Assembly (NCBI GenBank): GCA_964015875.1
Contig: CAXHEV010000005.1
Span: 1,143-65,142 of the forward strand
Reading direction: 5' to 3'
Length of the DNA: 64,000 bases
Source of the DNA: an uncultured Candidatus Poseidoniales archaeon
Lineage (GTDB): Archaea > Thermoplasmatota > Poseidoniia > Poseidoniales > Poseidoniaceae
Under the pieces are notes generated by a model, which made no database searches, was not told the DNA's origin, and saw only the letters and a program-made list of their open reading frames with translations. The position numbers and the translations under genes are program-made. Below are positions 37,265-47,060 of the stretch, piece after piece. Positions within the stretch are counted from its first letter, which is position 1, and each line of letters begins with the position of its first letter.

Positions 37265-37930
37265 ATGATAACAAGATGGGGAAGTGATAACATGATGGGA
37301 CCGTGGGAAGCAGCACCTGAAGAGGTCGTGGAAGAAGAGATTGATATTTTTGCAGAATTAGGAGCAGTACGCCCTTCTGCACCTCAAGTACAACCCCAAC
37401 AAGTCCAATCTTCCGTGGCGGCCTCCGATCCACTTGCGATGTTCATGGACGATGATGACGATGAGCCTCTGATCGACGGATTCTCAGTCTCTTCTGTTGA
37501 GGCAGACCTTGGGTCGGGCACGCTCGCCCATGACTCCGTAGACATGACGTTGCAACCGAAGCATGATTCTCCTGTGTCAAACGAAGTTATCTCACAACTT
37601 CTCGAAATTCTAGTCAAGAAAGAACTTCATTCTAGGGTTGAACGAGGCGAAGATTGGCTTAGTGATTTGCCAGCCGACGCTGTGGCTAAGATTGAATCTG
37701 CAAAGGTGATAAAGGATCAAGAAGCATACCATCTATCTCTCATTATCGATATGGTTGGTACTGGAGAAGTTCGACCATTTGCTACTGTTTTGTCCACTGA
37801 ACAAGGTACACTCCCTGTTGCCCCTCCGCCACAAATTTCCAAAACATGGCATCCACTCTACAATGCCCTTCGTGAATTATTGCTCAGTGCAATGAATTCG
37901 CTGACAGCACTCAAAGTTGTCACTCAGTGA
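37265..37930 (+). CDS. Hypothetical acidic protein.
   Basis: 221 aa. N-terminal acidic low-complexity region (EEVVEEEIDIF…DDDDDEPLIDG) followed by a helical C-terminal domain. No family recognised. Confidence 0.35.
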   Translation: MITRWGSDNMMGPWEAAPEEVVEEEIDIFAELGAVRPSAPQVQPQQVQSSVAASDPLAMFMDDDDDEPLIDGFSVSSVEADLGSGTLAHDSVDMTLQPKHDSPVSNEVISQLLEILVKKELHSRVERGEDWLSDLPADAVAKIESAKVIKDQEAYHLSLIIDMVGTGEVRPFATVLSTEQGTLPVAPPPQISKTWHPLYNALRELLLSAMNSLTALKVVTQ

Positions 37931-37933
37931 AAT

Positions 37934-38314
37934 TTACTCGTGCACTTCACATGCGTGAGTTATGTTGACGTCAACAAACATCTGCGAAACGGTGCAGTAT
38001 TTCTCGTGACTCTTTGCGACAATCCGCTCGACTAGCTTGAGAGGGACATCGCCCCGTACGTGATAGACCATGTGAATGTCCGTGAACACCTTTGGACGAA
38101 CTTCGGCTCGCTTGCCGTTCATTTCGACCCAAACCTCACTGAACGAGCGCTCCTTCAGACCAAGAACAAGGTCTGCCGTTGAGCAGGCGCCAATCATTTG
38201 CATCGTGACTTGCATTGGCGTCGGCCCTTCTTCCCAATCCAAGTGAAGACGGTCGCCGCGTTCATTTATGCATGCGACAGTGTCGCCTCCAGTCCACTCA
38301 ACGCGGCCGTACAT
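37934..38314 (-). CDS. OsmC/Ohr-family peroxiredoxin-like protein.
   Basis: 126 aa with an OsmC-like pattern (…MQMIGACSTADLVLGL… and C-terminal …YCTVSQM…). Confidence 0.65.
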   Translation of the reverse strand: MYGRVEWTGGDTVACINERGDRLHLDWEEGPTPMQVTMQMIGACSTADLVLGLKERSFSEVWVEMNGKRAEVRPKVFTDIHMVYHVRGDVPLKLVERIVAKSHEKYCTVSQMFVDVNITHACEVHE

Positions 38315-38372
38315 GGAAAGCCCACGGGCGGTTCATTCTTGAAGGGGACGCTTCTGCGTCGTATCGATTGCA

Positions 38373-39599
38373 ATGACAGGAACACCCGTCACCATGGAAA
38401 ATGGAAAACTGAACATCCCAAACGACCCAGTGATTCACTACATCGAAGGCGATGGGATTGGCGTGGACATCACACCGGTTATGATCAAGGTGGTCGATGC
38501 ATCGGTTGCCAAAGCCTATGACGGTGGCCGAAACATTGTTTGGTCAGAAGTGCTTGCCGGTGAGAAGGCGTTTAACGCCACTGGTGAATGGTTGCCTGAA
38601 GCCACACTTGATGCTATGCGAAACGGTTTGGTCTCTATCAAAGGTCCATTGACAACACCAGTTGGCGGCGGTATTCGCTCCCTCAATGTAGCCCTTCGAC
38701 AAAAGCTCGACTTGTTCGCCTGTGTTCGACCAGTGCGCTGGTACGATGGTACACCTTCCCCAGTGAAAGCACCTGGAGATGTTGATATGATCATCTTCCG
38801 AGAAAACAGTGAAGACGTCTATGCTGGAATCGAATGGGAAGCTGGATCAGAGGGCGTCAAGAAAGTCATTGATTTCCTGCAGAATGAAATGGGCGTTGAC
38901 AAAATACGATTCCCTAACACTTCTGGAATCGGCATTAAGCCAATCTCGCAAGAAGGTACCGGACGAATTGTTCGTGCGGCCATCGAGTATGCTATTGCAA
39001 ACGACAAGGAGAGCCTGACCCTGGTTCACAAAGGCAACATCATGAAGTTCACAGAAGGAGGATTCCGAGACTGGGGCTACGAGATTGCAAAGGAAGAATA
39101 TGGGGCAGTTGAACTCGATGGGGGGCCGTGGTGCACCTTGGAAAATCCAAACACAGGCCGAAAGATGCTGATTAAGGATGTCATTGCGGACGCTATGCTC
39201 CAACAGATCATCACTCGACCTGCCGAGTACTCTGTGCTTGCAACAATGAACCTCAACGGAGATTACATCTCTGACGCACTTGCTGCCCAAGTGGGTGGAA
39301 TCGGTATCGCTCCCGGTGCAAACATCAACTACGACACAGGAATTTCAATTTTTGAAGCAACTCATGGCACGGCTCCAAAGTATGCCGGGCAAAACAAGGT
39401 CAACCCAGGCTCATTAATTCTCTCGGCAGAGATGATGCTGCGCCACATGGGCTGGGTTGAAGCAGCAGATTTGATTGTCAAGGGAATGGAAGGTGCAATT
39501 TCTGCTCAAACAGTCACCTATGACTTTGAACGATTGATGGACGATGCCACACTGCTCTCCTGCAGTGACTTTGGCGATGCCATGATTTCACACATGTGA
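38373..39599 (+). CDS. icd: NADP-dependent isocitrate dehydrogenase.
   Basis: Colinear with prokaryotic homodimeric ICDH (…[21 protein letters not shown]…, …[26 protein letters not shown]…). 408 aa. Confidence 0.9.
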   Translation: MTGTPVTMENGKLNIPNDPVIHYIEGDGIGVDITPVMIKVVDASVAKAYDGGRNIVWSEVLAGEKAFNATGEWLPEATLDAMRNGLVSIKGPLTTPVGGGIRSLNVALRQKLDLFACVRPVRWYDGTPSPVKAPGDVDMIIFRENSEDVYAGIEWEAGSEGVKKVIDFLQNEMGVDKIRFPNTSGIGIKPISQEGTGRIVRAAIEYAIANDKESLTLVHKGNIMKFTEGGFRDWGYEIAKEEYGAVELDGGPWCTLENPNTGRKMLIKDVIADAMLQQIITRPAEYSVLATMNLNGDYISDALAAQVGGIGIAPGANINYDTGISIFEATHGTAPKYAGQNKVNPGSLILSAEMMLRHMGWVEAADLIVKGMEGAISAQTVTYDFERLMDDATLLSCSDFGDAMISHM

Positions 39600-39685
39600 A
39601 GCTGCATAGGGCTGAACGGAAGCCCTCATTCGGCGATACCACGAGTGTCACACATGTTTATATCCAGTTCGGGAATCTAATTTCC

Positions 39686-41419
39686 ATGGACACCAAGACC
39701 ATTGCACTCAGTCTCCTCGTTGCTCTGATTATGGGCAGTTCCGGCGCAGTCGTGTACACACTGAACACCTCCACTGTCGACACCGAGGAAGAAAAAATCG
39801 AAACGATTGAAGAAACCAAGGTGGAAAATTACCCACCAAAGCTCATGATCGATGAGGAAATCTCGATGATTTGGGACGGAACTGCAGTCTCCATTGAGGG
39901 TTATGTCTACGACGAGAACCTAGCAACCTCCTGGGTCACCTTATCTGTATTGAACGAGAAAAATTTCGCCGTGCTTGAATCGATGAACCTGAGCATTCTA
40001 CCCTCTGGTAAATGGTCCGCAGAGACGAGCATCACTGGGCCTGGTTCGTTCGTGCTCGACATCACAGCGTACGATTCTGAAGGGCTGGAAAGCGAAGGAA
40101 ATCCTGTCATGCTTGTCATCAACCCACCAGAAGAAAACGATGTCCGCTTAACCTTTGGATGGACACCACCAATGGAGAACGAAACATTAGGGATCGTTGA
40201 GGGTGCGGTTCTCCATGAATACCCTGAAACCTGTTCGATCGAGTACCGCCCAGGCGACCAAAGCGCAACGTCCATCGTCGGAAACCTGTCCGAGTTTGAC
40301 GGCACCTACGCCCTTTTGATTGACACGAATGAACACAGCACGAACGGCTTTTTGGTTGCCAAATGCGGCATGTTTGACGAATCCGAACAAAGCATCTCTG
40401 TTAACCTACCCTTGCCGCCTGAGCCTGTTGGCGATGAGGACCAAGATGGGGTGCTCGACGATGTCGATGAATGCCCAAGCACACCCGCTGGTGAGCCAGT
40501 TTACTCAACGGGTTGTTCGGACTCCGAAACTGACGATGACGGTGACGGAGTGGTCAACTCGAACGACCGCTGTCCAAACACCTCAGCGGGTGCCAACGCG
40601 GACGCCGAGGGGTGTGCAGATGCTCAAAAAGACACAGATGATGATGGACTCACCGACGACGTCGATGTGTGTCCTAACACCCCCGCTGGAGAGCAAGTCG
40701 ACGCTTTTGGCTGCTCAGAATCTCAAAAGGACGACGACAACGATGGGGTTAGCAACGACATCGACACGTGCCCTAACACACCAAGCGGCGAGACCGTCAA
40801 TGAGGTCGGATGTTCACAAAGCCAAATCGGTCCGCAAGGGCCACTGAAGATTCTCGCCCTCCATGGCGGTGGACAAACCGCCAACAGTTTTCGAAGCATG
40901 CAAGGCATGCAGGACTTGATGGCAAGCTTAAGCGATTATGAGTTCGTCTTCGCCAGCACGCCTGAGAGTAACAACGTCTGGATTCGAGACCCTCCTGGAG
41001 GAAAAGGTGAACCCACGACCGACCCAGATTGGGCCGACGCGTCCATTTCCTACCTCGACCAAATCGTCGAGCAGCAAGGGCCCTTCCACGCCATCTTGGG
41101 CTATTCCCAAGGCGCAGCAATGATTCCTGTTTACCTTGCCAACACCGACAACACGTTCGATAAGGTTCTGATGTACAACGGCTACTTGCCAACCACGCAC
41201 GAAGGACTAATCGACACCATCAATGAAGAAGCGCCCCTTTCCACGCCGGCCATGGTCTTCTCAGGAGAAAACGACGACGGTTTCAAGGACATGGCTCCCG
41301 CTCTCGCTCAGAAATTCTCGAATTGTCTAGAAGTACACAGCCCTACTGCAGGCCACAACCCACCGTATCAAAGCGATTCGAAATACAATCAAATCTTGAA
41401 CTGGATCACCAGCGACTAA
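39686..41419 (+). CDS. Secreted protein: Ig-like N-domains, thrombospondin type-3 (TSP3) Ca-binding repeats, and a C-terminal FSH1-like serine hydrolase domain.
   Basis: Signal peptide (MDTKTIALSLLVALIMGSSGA). Three or four TSP3-type repeats (DDDGDGVVNSNDRCPNT, DTDDDGLTDDVDVCPNTPAG, DDDNDGVSNDIDTCPNTPSG). The C-terminal ~200 aa (LKILALHGGGQTANSFR…ILGYSQGAAMIPVY…) match the FSH1/DUF341 serine-hydrolase pattern, with the nucleophile in GYSQGA. The track ORF starts at 39596; the internal ATG at 39686 gives a proper signal peptide. Confidence 0.6.
   Translation: MDTKTIALSLLVALIMGSSGAVVYTLNTSTVDTEEEKIETIEETKVENYPPKLMIDEEISMIWDGTAVSIEGYVYDENLATSWVTLSVLNEKNFAVLESMNLSILPSGKWSAETSITGPGSFVLDITAYDSEGLESEGNPVMLVINPPEENDVRLTFGWTPPMENETLGIVEGAVLHEYPETCSIEYRPGDQSATSIVGNLSEFDGTYALLIDTNEHSTNGFLVAKCGMFDESEQSISVNLPLPPEPVGDEDQDGVLDDVDECPSTPAGEPVYSTGCSDSETDDDGDGVVNSNDRCPNTSAGANADAEGCADAQKDTDDDGLTDDVDVCPNTPAGEQVDAFGCSESQKDDDNDGVSNDIDTCPNTPSGETVNEVGCSQSQIGPQGPLKILALHGGGQTANSFRSMQGMQDLMASLSDYEFVFASTPESNNVWIRDPPGGKGEPTTDPDWADASISYLDQIVEQQGPFHAILGYSQGAAMIPVYLANTDNTFDKVLMYNGYLPTTHEGLIDTINEEAPLSTPAMVFSGENDDGFKDMAPALAQKFSNCLEVHSPTAGHNPPYQSDSKYNQILNWITSD
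40430..40825 (+). repeat. Intragenic tandem DNA repeats encoding thrombospondin type-3 Ca-binding repeats.
   Basis: Three or four imperfect ~100-nt repeats (gacgatgacggtgacgg…tgtcc(t/a)aacac…) give the D-x-D-x-D-G-x-x-D-x-x-D-x-C-P-N-T peptide repeats. Confidence 0.6.
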
Positions 41420-41542
41420 CCTGCCAGCGAGCATGGTGAGCCGTTGACGTGAACGGACGATGGGCCAGCGACAATTGTGATTTGTGACAACGTTGAATCC
41501 AAACTACCTCTCAATGGTTCGCTACAAGAGAGTGAAGCAAAT

Positions 41543-44500
41543 TCATCCGTGAAGGAAACTATTGAGTGCGCGGCTGTTCTTTGCCACGCCAAATCCAAAT
41601 CGCTCTTCGAGTGCTCTTGAAACCAATGTGAAATCACTGTCCCGTGTAGCCACTAGAATGGTTCCAAGATTGCCCAATGATTTCTTTGCCAGGTGGATAG
41701 CGAGATGCATAATGGTGCGATCTGGAGCCTCGGGATAGACATCCAGCCCATCAATGACGGTCCGTGCAGGTTCTCCACGTGTTCGCTTCATGGCAGTAAT
41801 TTCTTCATAAATTTCAGTGTAATCTTTGAAGAATTCAACCACACCTGACTTGTTTTCTTCTTCTTCTGCTTCTGCTTCGAGTTGCAAATCCATTGGGCGC
41901 CACGTGCTGTAGTCTGTGAGTACTCTGTCTACGATTTCGCTGATGACGTCTTTTTGGAAGACCGTATCAAGCATGGTCGGTGGCACCAAGAGATCACTGA
42001 ACCTATTGCGTAGGAAGTTCATGTCGCTGGCAATTCCAGTGAGTTCTTGCTTCACAATCTTTGGAAGCCAAAGTTGAATTTTACCTTCCTGTGCACGCTT
42101 GAGAAGGACGTGGTGGAAGTGCCCGTGCCCACCAATATCAAGACTGGCTTCAGTGAAAACCTCGAGTTTTTGCTTGATAGCATCCATCAGTGCGTCAACA
42201 AGAACATTGGTGTCAATGAGGACCAATGGGGAGAGCGAGAGGTTTCTGAGGTACCTGCGAGAGCCATTTGGAATTTGGTCTTTGTAGGCGGAAAACAGAC
42301 CCTGTTCTGCATCTGCAATTCGCTTAATCTCCCGTATGTTGAATTGGCCACGGTTTTGAGCCCGTTCAAGGAACATCAGTCCTTCGACTGGTTTTTCTTC
42401 AGCGGCCTCCTTTGCTAAATCGTACAATTCATCCAGTGAAGGAGAAGAGCCTTGCATCAACTGAGTAAACCTCGTATCGAATGCATTTCTTTGCCTGCGG
42501 CGGTTCTTTTGTAGGGAATTCACCGCTGCTGTGACCCTACCGCAAAACGGATCTGTTGGCAGAACACGTTGATGTTCAAAGGGGTATGTCTTGAGCATGT
42601 CAAGATCGTCTTCTGCAAAATAAGTGACTTCGATTTCTTCGAGTTCCCCAGATTCATTCTCTTGTGAAATAACCTTTGTCGAGCGTACGAAATCCTTCAG
42701 TAAACGGGTCGCCTCATTGGTACTTCGCATCGAAGTAAACGATACCCGGAGGTACAGTTGAAACCTCTTAGTGATTGCACTTCGAAGGGAGGGTTGGGCT
42801 TCGAGTAATTCCACTGCTTCCTTCCACTGTTCTGCAAATGCCAAGTGGATGAGTGATTTACGATAGAGCACCACTTTGTGCTCGTAGTCAAAGCCGTCAT
42901 GATCTCCTGCTCTACGGTAATCACGTGCGGCATTCAATTCATCCTTCTTTGAAGCCGAAACCGAAGCGCGTGCGAGGGTGTGCCAAGGCGAAAGGGGATC
43001 GTTTGTTTGGTACCATCGTACCAACGAAGGCAATCCAATATCGTGTTCGAGAACGAGATGGCGTACGGAGTGAATCATGGCAGTTGGAACATTTTCATTG
43101 CTAAGCAAGGTGTTGACGCTTTCCACAGTTGCATCATCCGATGTCCCATGTTGGAGCATGAGTGCCACTCGATTCAGCCTTAGCGTGTCGATGACGGCCG
43201 TGAAGAGGTGTTCCTCCATCAAGCTAAGATTTGCTTCTGCGATGCTGGTCTGCAAGGCATTCAGTTCCTTATTCTCGACGATTCCTGAACCGCCTTCGCG
43301 CAGTGCACGGCGGATGACGCCGAAGGCAAGGAGGCCACTTTTGTCAAGCAGAGTTCCGAGCCTTTCGTCATCAACATTCTCACCTTCAAACAGCATGAGT
43401 AATGCTTCACTGGTTGAAGAGAAGGCAGGCGGAGCATCCGTGCTGTGAACAGAGTCCAACGCCTTCTCACGAGCAGATCGGACAGCATGCCACAAATCGT
43501 TGTCTTTGCCTGCTGCTAAGAGATGCGCAGCGAGAAGGGTCTCATATGGGTGCGAGAGAGGTGTCAGATCATTCTTCACGATAATTTCTGACAACCTTCG
43601 CAAGTTCATCGAACGTGTGTAAATGTCAATGACGACTGGGAGCACTTGCTCCCACGCTTCGATGTTTTCTGGGCTGAGATGCTTTGCTGCCAGAGCCTGA
43701 GTTTCTGTATGGATGCCAGAACCACAGATGATGTCAACGAGGGCGCCGTCATCAAGATGGGGAATCTGACTTTCGAGCCACGCTTGAACTTCCTCATTCG
43801 AAAGATCAGAGACAAGCGGGATTAAGTTTGATAGTTCAGCATGCACATCGAGTTTGAGAGCAGTCAATGTTTCGATGGTTTCTTTTGACTTTCCTTCACG
43901 ATGAAGGGCTGCTAAGCGCCACCATGTCACGCGCTCAATCGCCTGCGTTGGTGCATCGCCATTCTGAAGCAATTCGAGCCCTTCGGTTAGGCTTGCTGCA
44001 TCCATTTCTGAAGAGGATTCTGGAGGGTGTTGCCAGGCAAGGAACCGGCGGCGAAGCGCAAGAGAATGCTCTCCCTTGGCGTTTGCACTTGCATCCCAAT
44101 CCTCAACTTGGCCGTTTTGAAGTTGAGTCAAATCCATCAATTCAGAAGCAAGTTTTTTGTCGACCTTTTCAACTCGAGCAAGGGCATCTGTTGCATCGCT
44201 ATCGGTAGCAATGTGAAGCAGAGCCGAGAGCACCGACGCCTGTCCTTCAAGATTGAATAACAAGTCACTGGGCGTTAAGGTGCGGCCTGCTGATAATTGT
44301 GAAGTGACGTTTCGTAGTGCGACTTGAGCATCGGCCGTATCGACCGTTGCCGCAAGAGAGTCGAGGGCTGTAGCCAAATCCTTCGAAGAACGAGGATCGA
44401 TAAAAGCGGCTGACATGTCTACCTTTTTCTTAGATGATTTTTTCTTTGGTTTTGCGACTGGGAACGCCGCAAATTGACCAAACACCGGGGTATGTTGAGC

Positions 44501-44845
44501 AAGTTCGCCCCACACAGGATGCACTCCCTTTTCGAGGCAAGAGTTTCGAAGACTGGTTTCAGTTGTTTCCCAAGAAGAATCCCAATCATCTTTGTTGAGG
44601 AGTTTATGAGAGAGAAGGACTGCAAGTCGGTATGCATCAGAATAATCGCTTGGAATAAGCATTTCCTCGGGTGACGGGATCAAGTCCATTGGACTGGTTG
44701 AACCTCGGCCACCTCGCCTTGTTCTTGTTCGCCGCATATTGACTGACTTTCGCATTGGCGAGGGTTGTTCGTCTTCATCTGCGGCTGGAAGTTCAGTTTC
44801 TGCAATCGCTAAGAGAAGAATTGGTCGCCATGATTTCTCAAGCAA
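41543..44845 (-). CDS. Large (~1100 aa) hypothetical helical-repeat protein with a C-terminal PIN-like nuclease domain.
   Basis: The last ~230 aa begin with a PIN strand-1 signature (LVLIDTNVLVDALMD) and end with the distal acidic motif (TILVATRDSDFTLV), with a long insertion between them. The preceding ~800 aa are Leu/Ala-rich helical and TPR/HEAT-like. The N-terminal boundary is uncertain; in-frame ATGs lie at 44845, ~44692 and ~44416. Confidence 0.55.
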   Translation of the reverse strand: MLEKSWRPILLLAIAETELPAADEDEQPSPMRKSVNMRRTRTRRGGRGSTSPMDLIPSPEEMLIPSDYSDAYRLAVLLSHKLLNKDDWDSSWETTETSLRNSCLEKGVHPVWGELAQHTPVFGQFAAFPVAKPKKKSSKKKVDMSAAFIDPRSSKDLATALDSLAATVDTADAQVALRNVTSQLSAGRTLTPSDLLFNLEGQASVLSALLHIATDSDATDALARVEKVDKKLASELMDLTQLQNGQVEDWDASANAKGEHSLALRRRFLAWQHPPESSSEMDAASLTEGLELLQNGDAPTQAIERVTWWRLAALHREGKSKETIETLTALKLDVHAELSNLIPLVSDLSNEEVQAWLESQIPHLDDGALVDIICGSGIHTETQALAAKHLSPENIEAWEQVLPVVIDIYTRSMNLRRLSEIIVKNDLTPLSHPYETLLAAHLLAAGKDNDLWHAVRSAREKALDSVHSTDAPPAFSSTSEALLMLFEGENVDDERLGTLLDKSGLLAFGVIRRALREGGSGIVENKELNALQTSIAEANLSLMEEHLFTAVIDTLRLNRVALMLQHGTSDDATVESVNTLLSNENVPTAMIHSVRHLVLEHDIGLPSLVRWYQTNDPLSPWHTLARASVSASKKDELNAARDYRRAGDHDGFDYEHKVVLYRKSLIHLAFAEQWKEAVELLEAQPSLRSAITKRFQLYLRVSFTSMRSTNEATRLLKDFVRSTKVISQENESGELEEIEVTYFAEDDLDMLKTYPFEHQRVLPTDPFCGRVTAAVNSLQKNRRRQRNAFDTRFTQLMQGSSPSLDELYDLAKEAAEEKPVEGLMFLERAQNRGQFNIREIKRIADAEQGLFSAYKDQIPNGSRRYLRNLSLSPLVLIDTNVLVDALMDAIKQKLEVFTEASLDIGGHGHFHHVLLKRAQEGKIQLWLPKIVKQELTGIASDMNFLRNRFSDLLVPPTMLDTVFQKDVISEIVDRVLTDYSTWRPMDLQLEAEAEEEENKSGVVEFFKDYTEIYEEITAMKRTRGEPARTVIDGLDVYPEAPDRTIMHLAIHLAKKSLGNLGTILVATRDSDFTLVSRALEERFGFGVAKNSRALNSFLHG

Positions 44846-45091
44846 TTGCCAGTCGGGTGTTCGTACAACGAGGGACTGGCGACGCGCTTTTGTTGCGTTT
44901 GATTTGAACGCAACTTTAAGGCAATTAGCCAGATACTCCTCCTGCAGAATGCTCGCCCCTCATCTATTGGCTCAACCTACCCTCCTTCAACCCACCGGCA
45001 TGGGTCACTCCTCTACTGAGCAGGTTCGACTGAGGTTTCCAATAACAACCATGAGGCGGGAGCACATCCGACAAAACACAGGGGGCAAATT

Positions 45092-45562
45092 GTGGATTTA
45101 ATCAATGCATTCATTTTGCTCCTTCATCCTGTCCTCGCCACGCTTTTGTTGGTTTGGATTTGGTGGCAGTATTCATGGCGAAGAAAAAGCTACGAACTCA
45201 AAGGTGAGCAGAGAAATGCGGCACGCAGCCGACATGAAACAATGGGCGAGCGTCTACTTTACGCGTCTTTTGGAGTAATTTCCGTTGCGTTCGTGGCCAG
45301 AGCCATCGTTGCTTGGCGTTCGGGAGAACAGGTGATTTCGAGCCTTATGCCGCAAAGTCTTCACGGTTTTATGGGTCCAGTTGGCTTCGCTTTGCTGTAT
45401 GCTTTAGCACGGATGGGGCGAAAGGCAAGGGATGCGCGCATGGCTGGTGAAAAATTCAGCCACCACAGCGTCAAGCATGGAAGGGCAGCAGACTTGATTG
45501 TCGTCCTCGTTTTCATCCACGCTTTCCTAGGATTCCTGTACCTGTTTATCGTGCTCGAATAG
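45092..45562 (+). CDS. Hypothetical small integral membrane protein (4 TM).
   Basis: Four hydrophobic helices with conserved His (AFILLLHPVLATLLLVWIWW…HGFMGPVGFALLYAL…IVVLVFIHAFLGFLYLFIV). Possibly DUF4079-like, but not verifiable from sequence alone. Confidence 0.4.
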   Translation: MDLINAFILLLHPVLATLLLVWIWWQYSWRRKSYELKGEQRNAARSRHETMGERLLYASFGVISVAFVARAIVAWRSGEQVISSLMPQSLHGFMGPVGFALLYALARMGRKARDARMAGEKFSHHSVKHGRAADLIVVLVFIHAFLGFLYLFIVLE

Positions 45563-46615
45563 TCATTGAATTGCTAGAGCGACATCGCGGTCTGCCCACA
45601 TCGCAAGCCAGTGGTCAAGGTTGGCGTCAAGCCCCGGTTCTTGAACGCGGCAACCACATGCGTTTGCATGGCCGCCACCCGTTGGATCAAGAGCCGTTGC
45701 CATACGAGACAAGTCAAACCTTCCTTGACCGTTGGGAAGAAATGAATTCGCATAGAAACTCGCAGAGAGGGGAGGATGTTCGGGGGTCTCAATTGAACCA
45801 TCGGCGTAGCCGTGGATAATGCAACACGCATCTGCTCGGTCGCCTGCCCATGCGGTGACGAGATACCCATTCGAGCGAACGCCTTTTTCATCCATACGGC
45901 AAACCGCTAAACGATCGATGATTGTTGTCGAAGTTTCAACAACCCGTTGTGCGGCTGCTCGTTCCTCTTTTGCTCGACTCACGTGAGGAAGTATTCGCTC
46001 ATCAGCCAAGACATCAGCCAAGCGGGTGCCTTTGGAGAGGAGGGTCAAAAGAAGTTGCATATGTTCTGGTTCTCTCATTGACAAAGAACGCGCAAGTTGG
46101 AGAATCGGTCCATCAGCAATGAAATCCTCTCGAGAGATTTGACCTGAGTCTAAGGCATCAACAACGGGCATAATCTCTTCTAAATGATTCAAATCAATGT
46201 GCGGGCTGAGGACATCGTAAGCCAGGCGTGCGGCGGATGGTGTTGCTTCCCAATGACAGGTTCCACCCTTCGCAATGAACGATGCTTCTTCATCTGGACT
46301 TGGCCTATTTGTTTGATGATGATCCAGATACCACCCACAATTTGGATGAAAAGGGAGGTCGACCATTGCAGTTTGGTGGTTGATGAGATGATCTATCGTG
46401 CCTGAACGTACCAGTGCGGCATGAGCAAAATGAACTGTAGCATTGGGGTTGACTGCTTTCAAAACTGCTGCTGCACAAAGCCCATCGAGATCTGAATCGG
46501 CAACGATTGTGGTGAACTCTGGCAACCCTGCCTCCTTCAGAACATTGAGTGCCTCACCCATGAACGAGGCTAATGAACCGCCTTCAAGAAGATTTGCCGA
46601 TGTTACTTTCGCCAC
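45563..46615 (-). CDS. DHH/DHHA1 phosphoesterase (NrnA-like nanoRNase / pAp phosphatase).
   Basis: DHH motifs ADSDLDGLCAAAVL and …DHH-like LDHHQT. DHHA1 motif GGGHANACG near the C-terminus. 350 aa. Confidence 0.75.
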   Translation of the reverse strand: MAKVTSANLLEGGSLASFMGEALNVLKEAGLPEFTTIVADSDLDGLCAAAVLKAVNPNATVHFAHAALVRSGTIDHLINHQTAMVDLPFHPNCGWYLDHHQTNRPSPDEEASFIAKGGTCHWEATPSAARLAYDVLSPHIDLNHLEEIMPVVDALDSGQISREDFIADGPILQLARSLSMREPEHMQLLLTLLSKGTRLADVLADERILPHVSRAKEERAAAQRVVETSTTIIDRLAVCRMDEKGVRSNGYLVTAWAGDRADACCIIHGYADGSIETPEHPPLSASFYANSFLPNGQGRFDLSRMATALDPTGGGHANACGCRVQEPGLDANLDHWLAMWADRDVALAIQ

Positions 46616-46649
46616 AAATAACTTGACTGTTGGCCTCTCGGTTCACACC

Positions 46650-47060
46650 ATGGAGACCTCCTGCGGTGTCGTCTTGGTCAATTATGGGACGGTGCTCCTG
46701 CTCCAATACCCACAAGGGCATTGGGATTTTCCAAAGGGGCACGTCGAAGAAGATGATGATAGCCACCATAGCACTGCACAACGGGAATTAGCAGAAGAAA
46801 CGGGTATTGATCAAATTCAATTCGTCGATGATTTTGTTGAGCGAAGTGAATACTCATACCGTCACCGGGGCAAAAAGAAGGTCAAGCAAGTCTACTGGTA
46901 TGTAGCACAAACCGAACAAATCTCGGTCAAACTTTCGCATGAGCATCGCGGCTACATGTGGCTTGACTGGGACATGGCCGAACAGCAACTCTCACACGAG
47001 GAAACAAAAAGCGTACTGAGAAGTGCCCGCCAACATATGAGTGCTCTTGGACTTGAATGA
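46650..47060 (+). CDS. NUDIX hydrolase.
   Basis: Nudix box GHWDFPKGHVEEDDDSHHSTAQRELAEETGI. Start set at the internal ATG (METSCGVVLVNYG…). The track ORF begins at 46443 but overlaps the convergent DHH gene. Confidence 0.8.
   Translation: METSCGVVLVNYGTVLLLQYPQGHWDFPKGHVEEDDDSHHSTAQRELAEETGIDQIQFVDDFVERSEYSYRHRGKKKVKQVYWYVAQTEQISVKLSHEHRGYMWLDWDMAEQQLSHEETKSVLRSARQHMSALGLE

Noticed and set aside
39596-39685. Upstream 30 codons of the TSP3/hydrolase ORF overlapping the icd stop
   Set aside because: The ATG at 39686 yields a canonical signal peptide. The upstream in-frame codons ([18 protein letters not shown]…) have no signal-peptide character, and the 4-nt overlap with icd is probably coincidental.
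40430-40825. ~100-nt tandem repeats considered as a possible CRISPR or satellite
   Set aside because: They are in-frame coding repeats for thrombospondin type-3 modules. Repeat units are imperfect and lack unique spacers.
46443-46649. N-terminal 69 codons of the Nudix track ORF
   Set aside because: They overlap the convergent DHH phosphoesterase gene on the other strand. The Nudix fold begins at the internal ATG at 46650.
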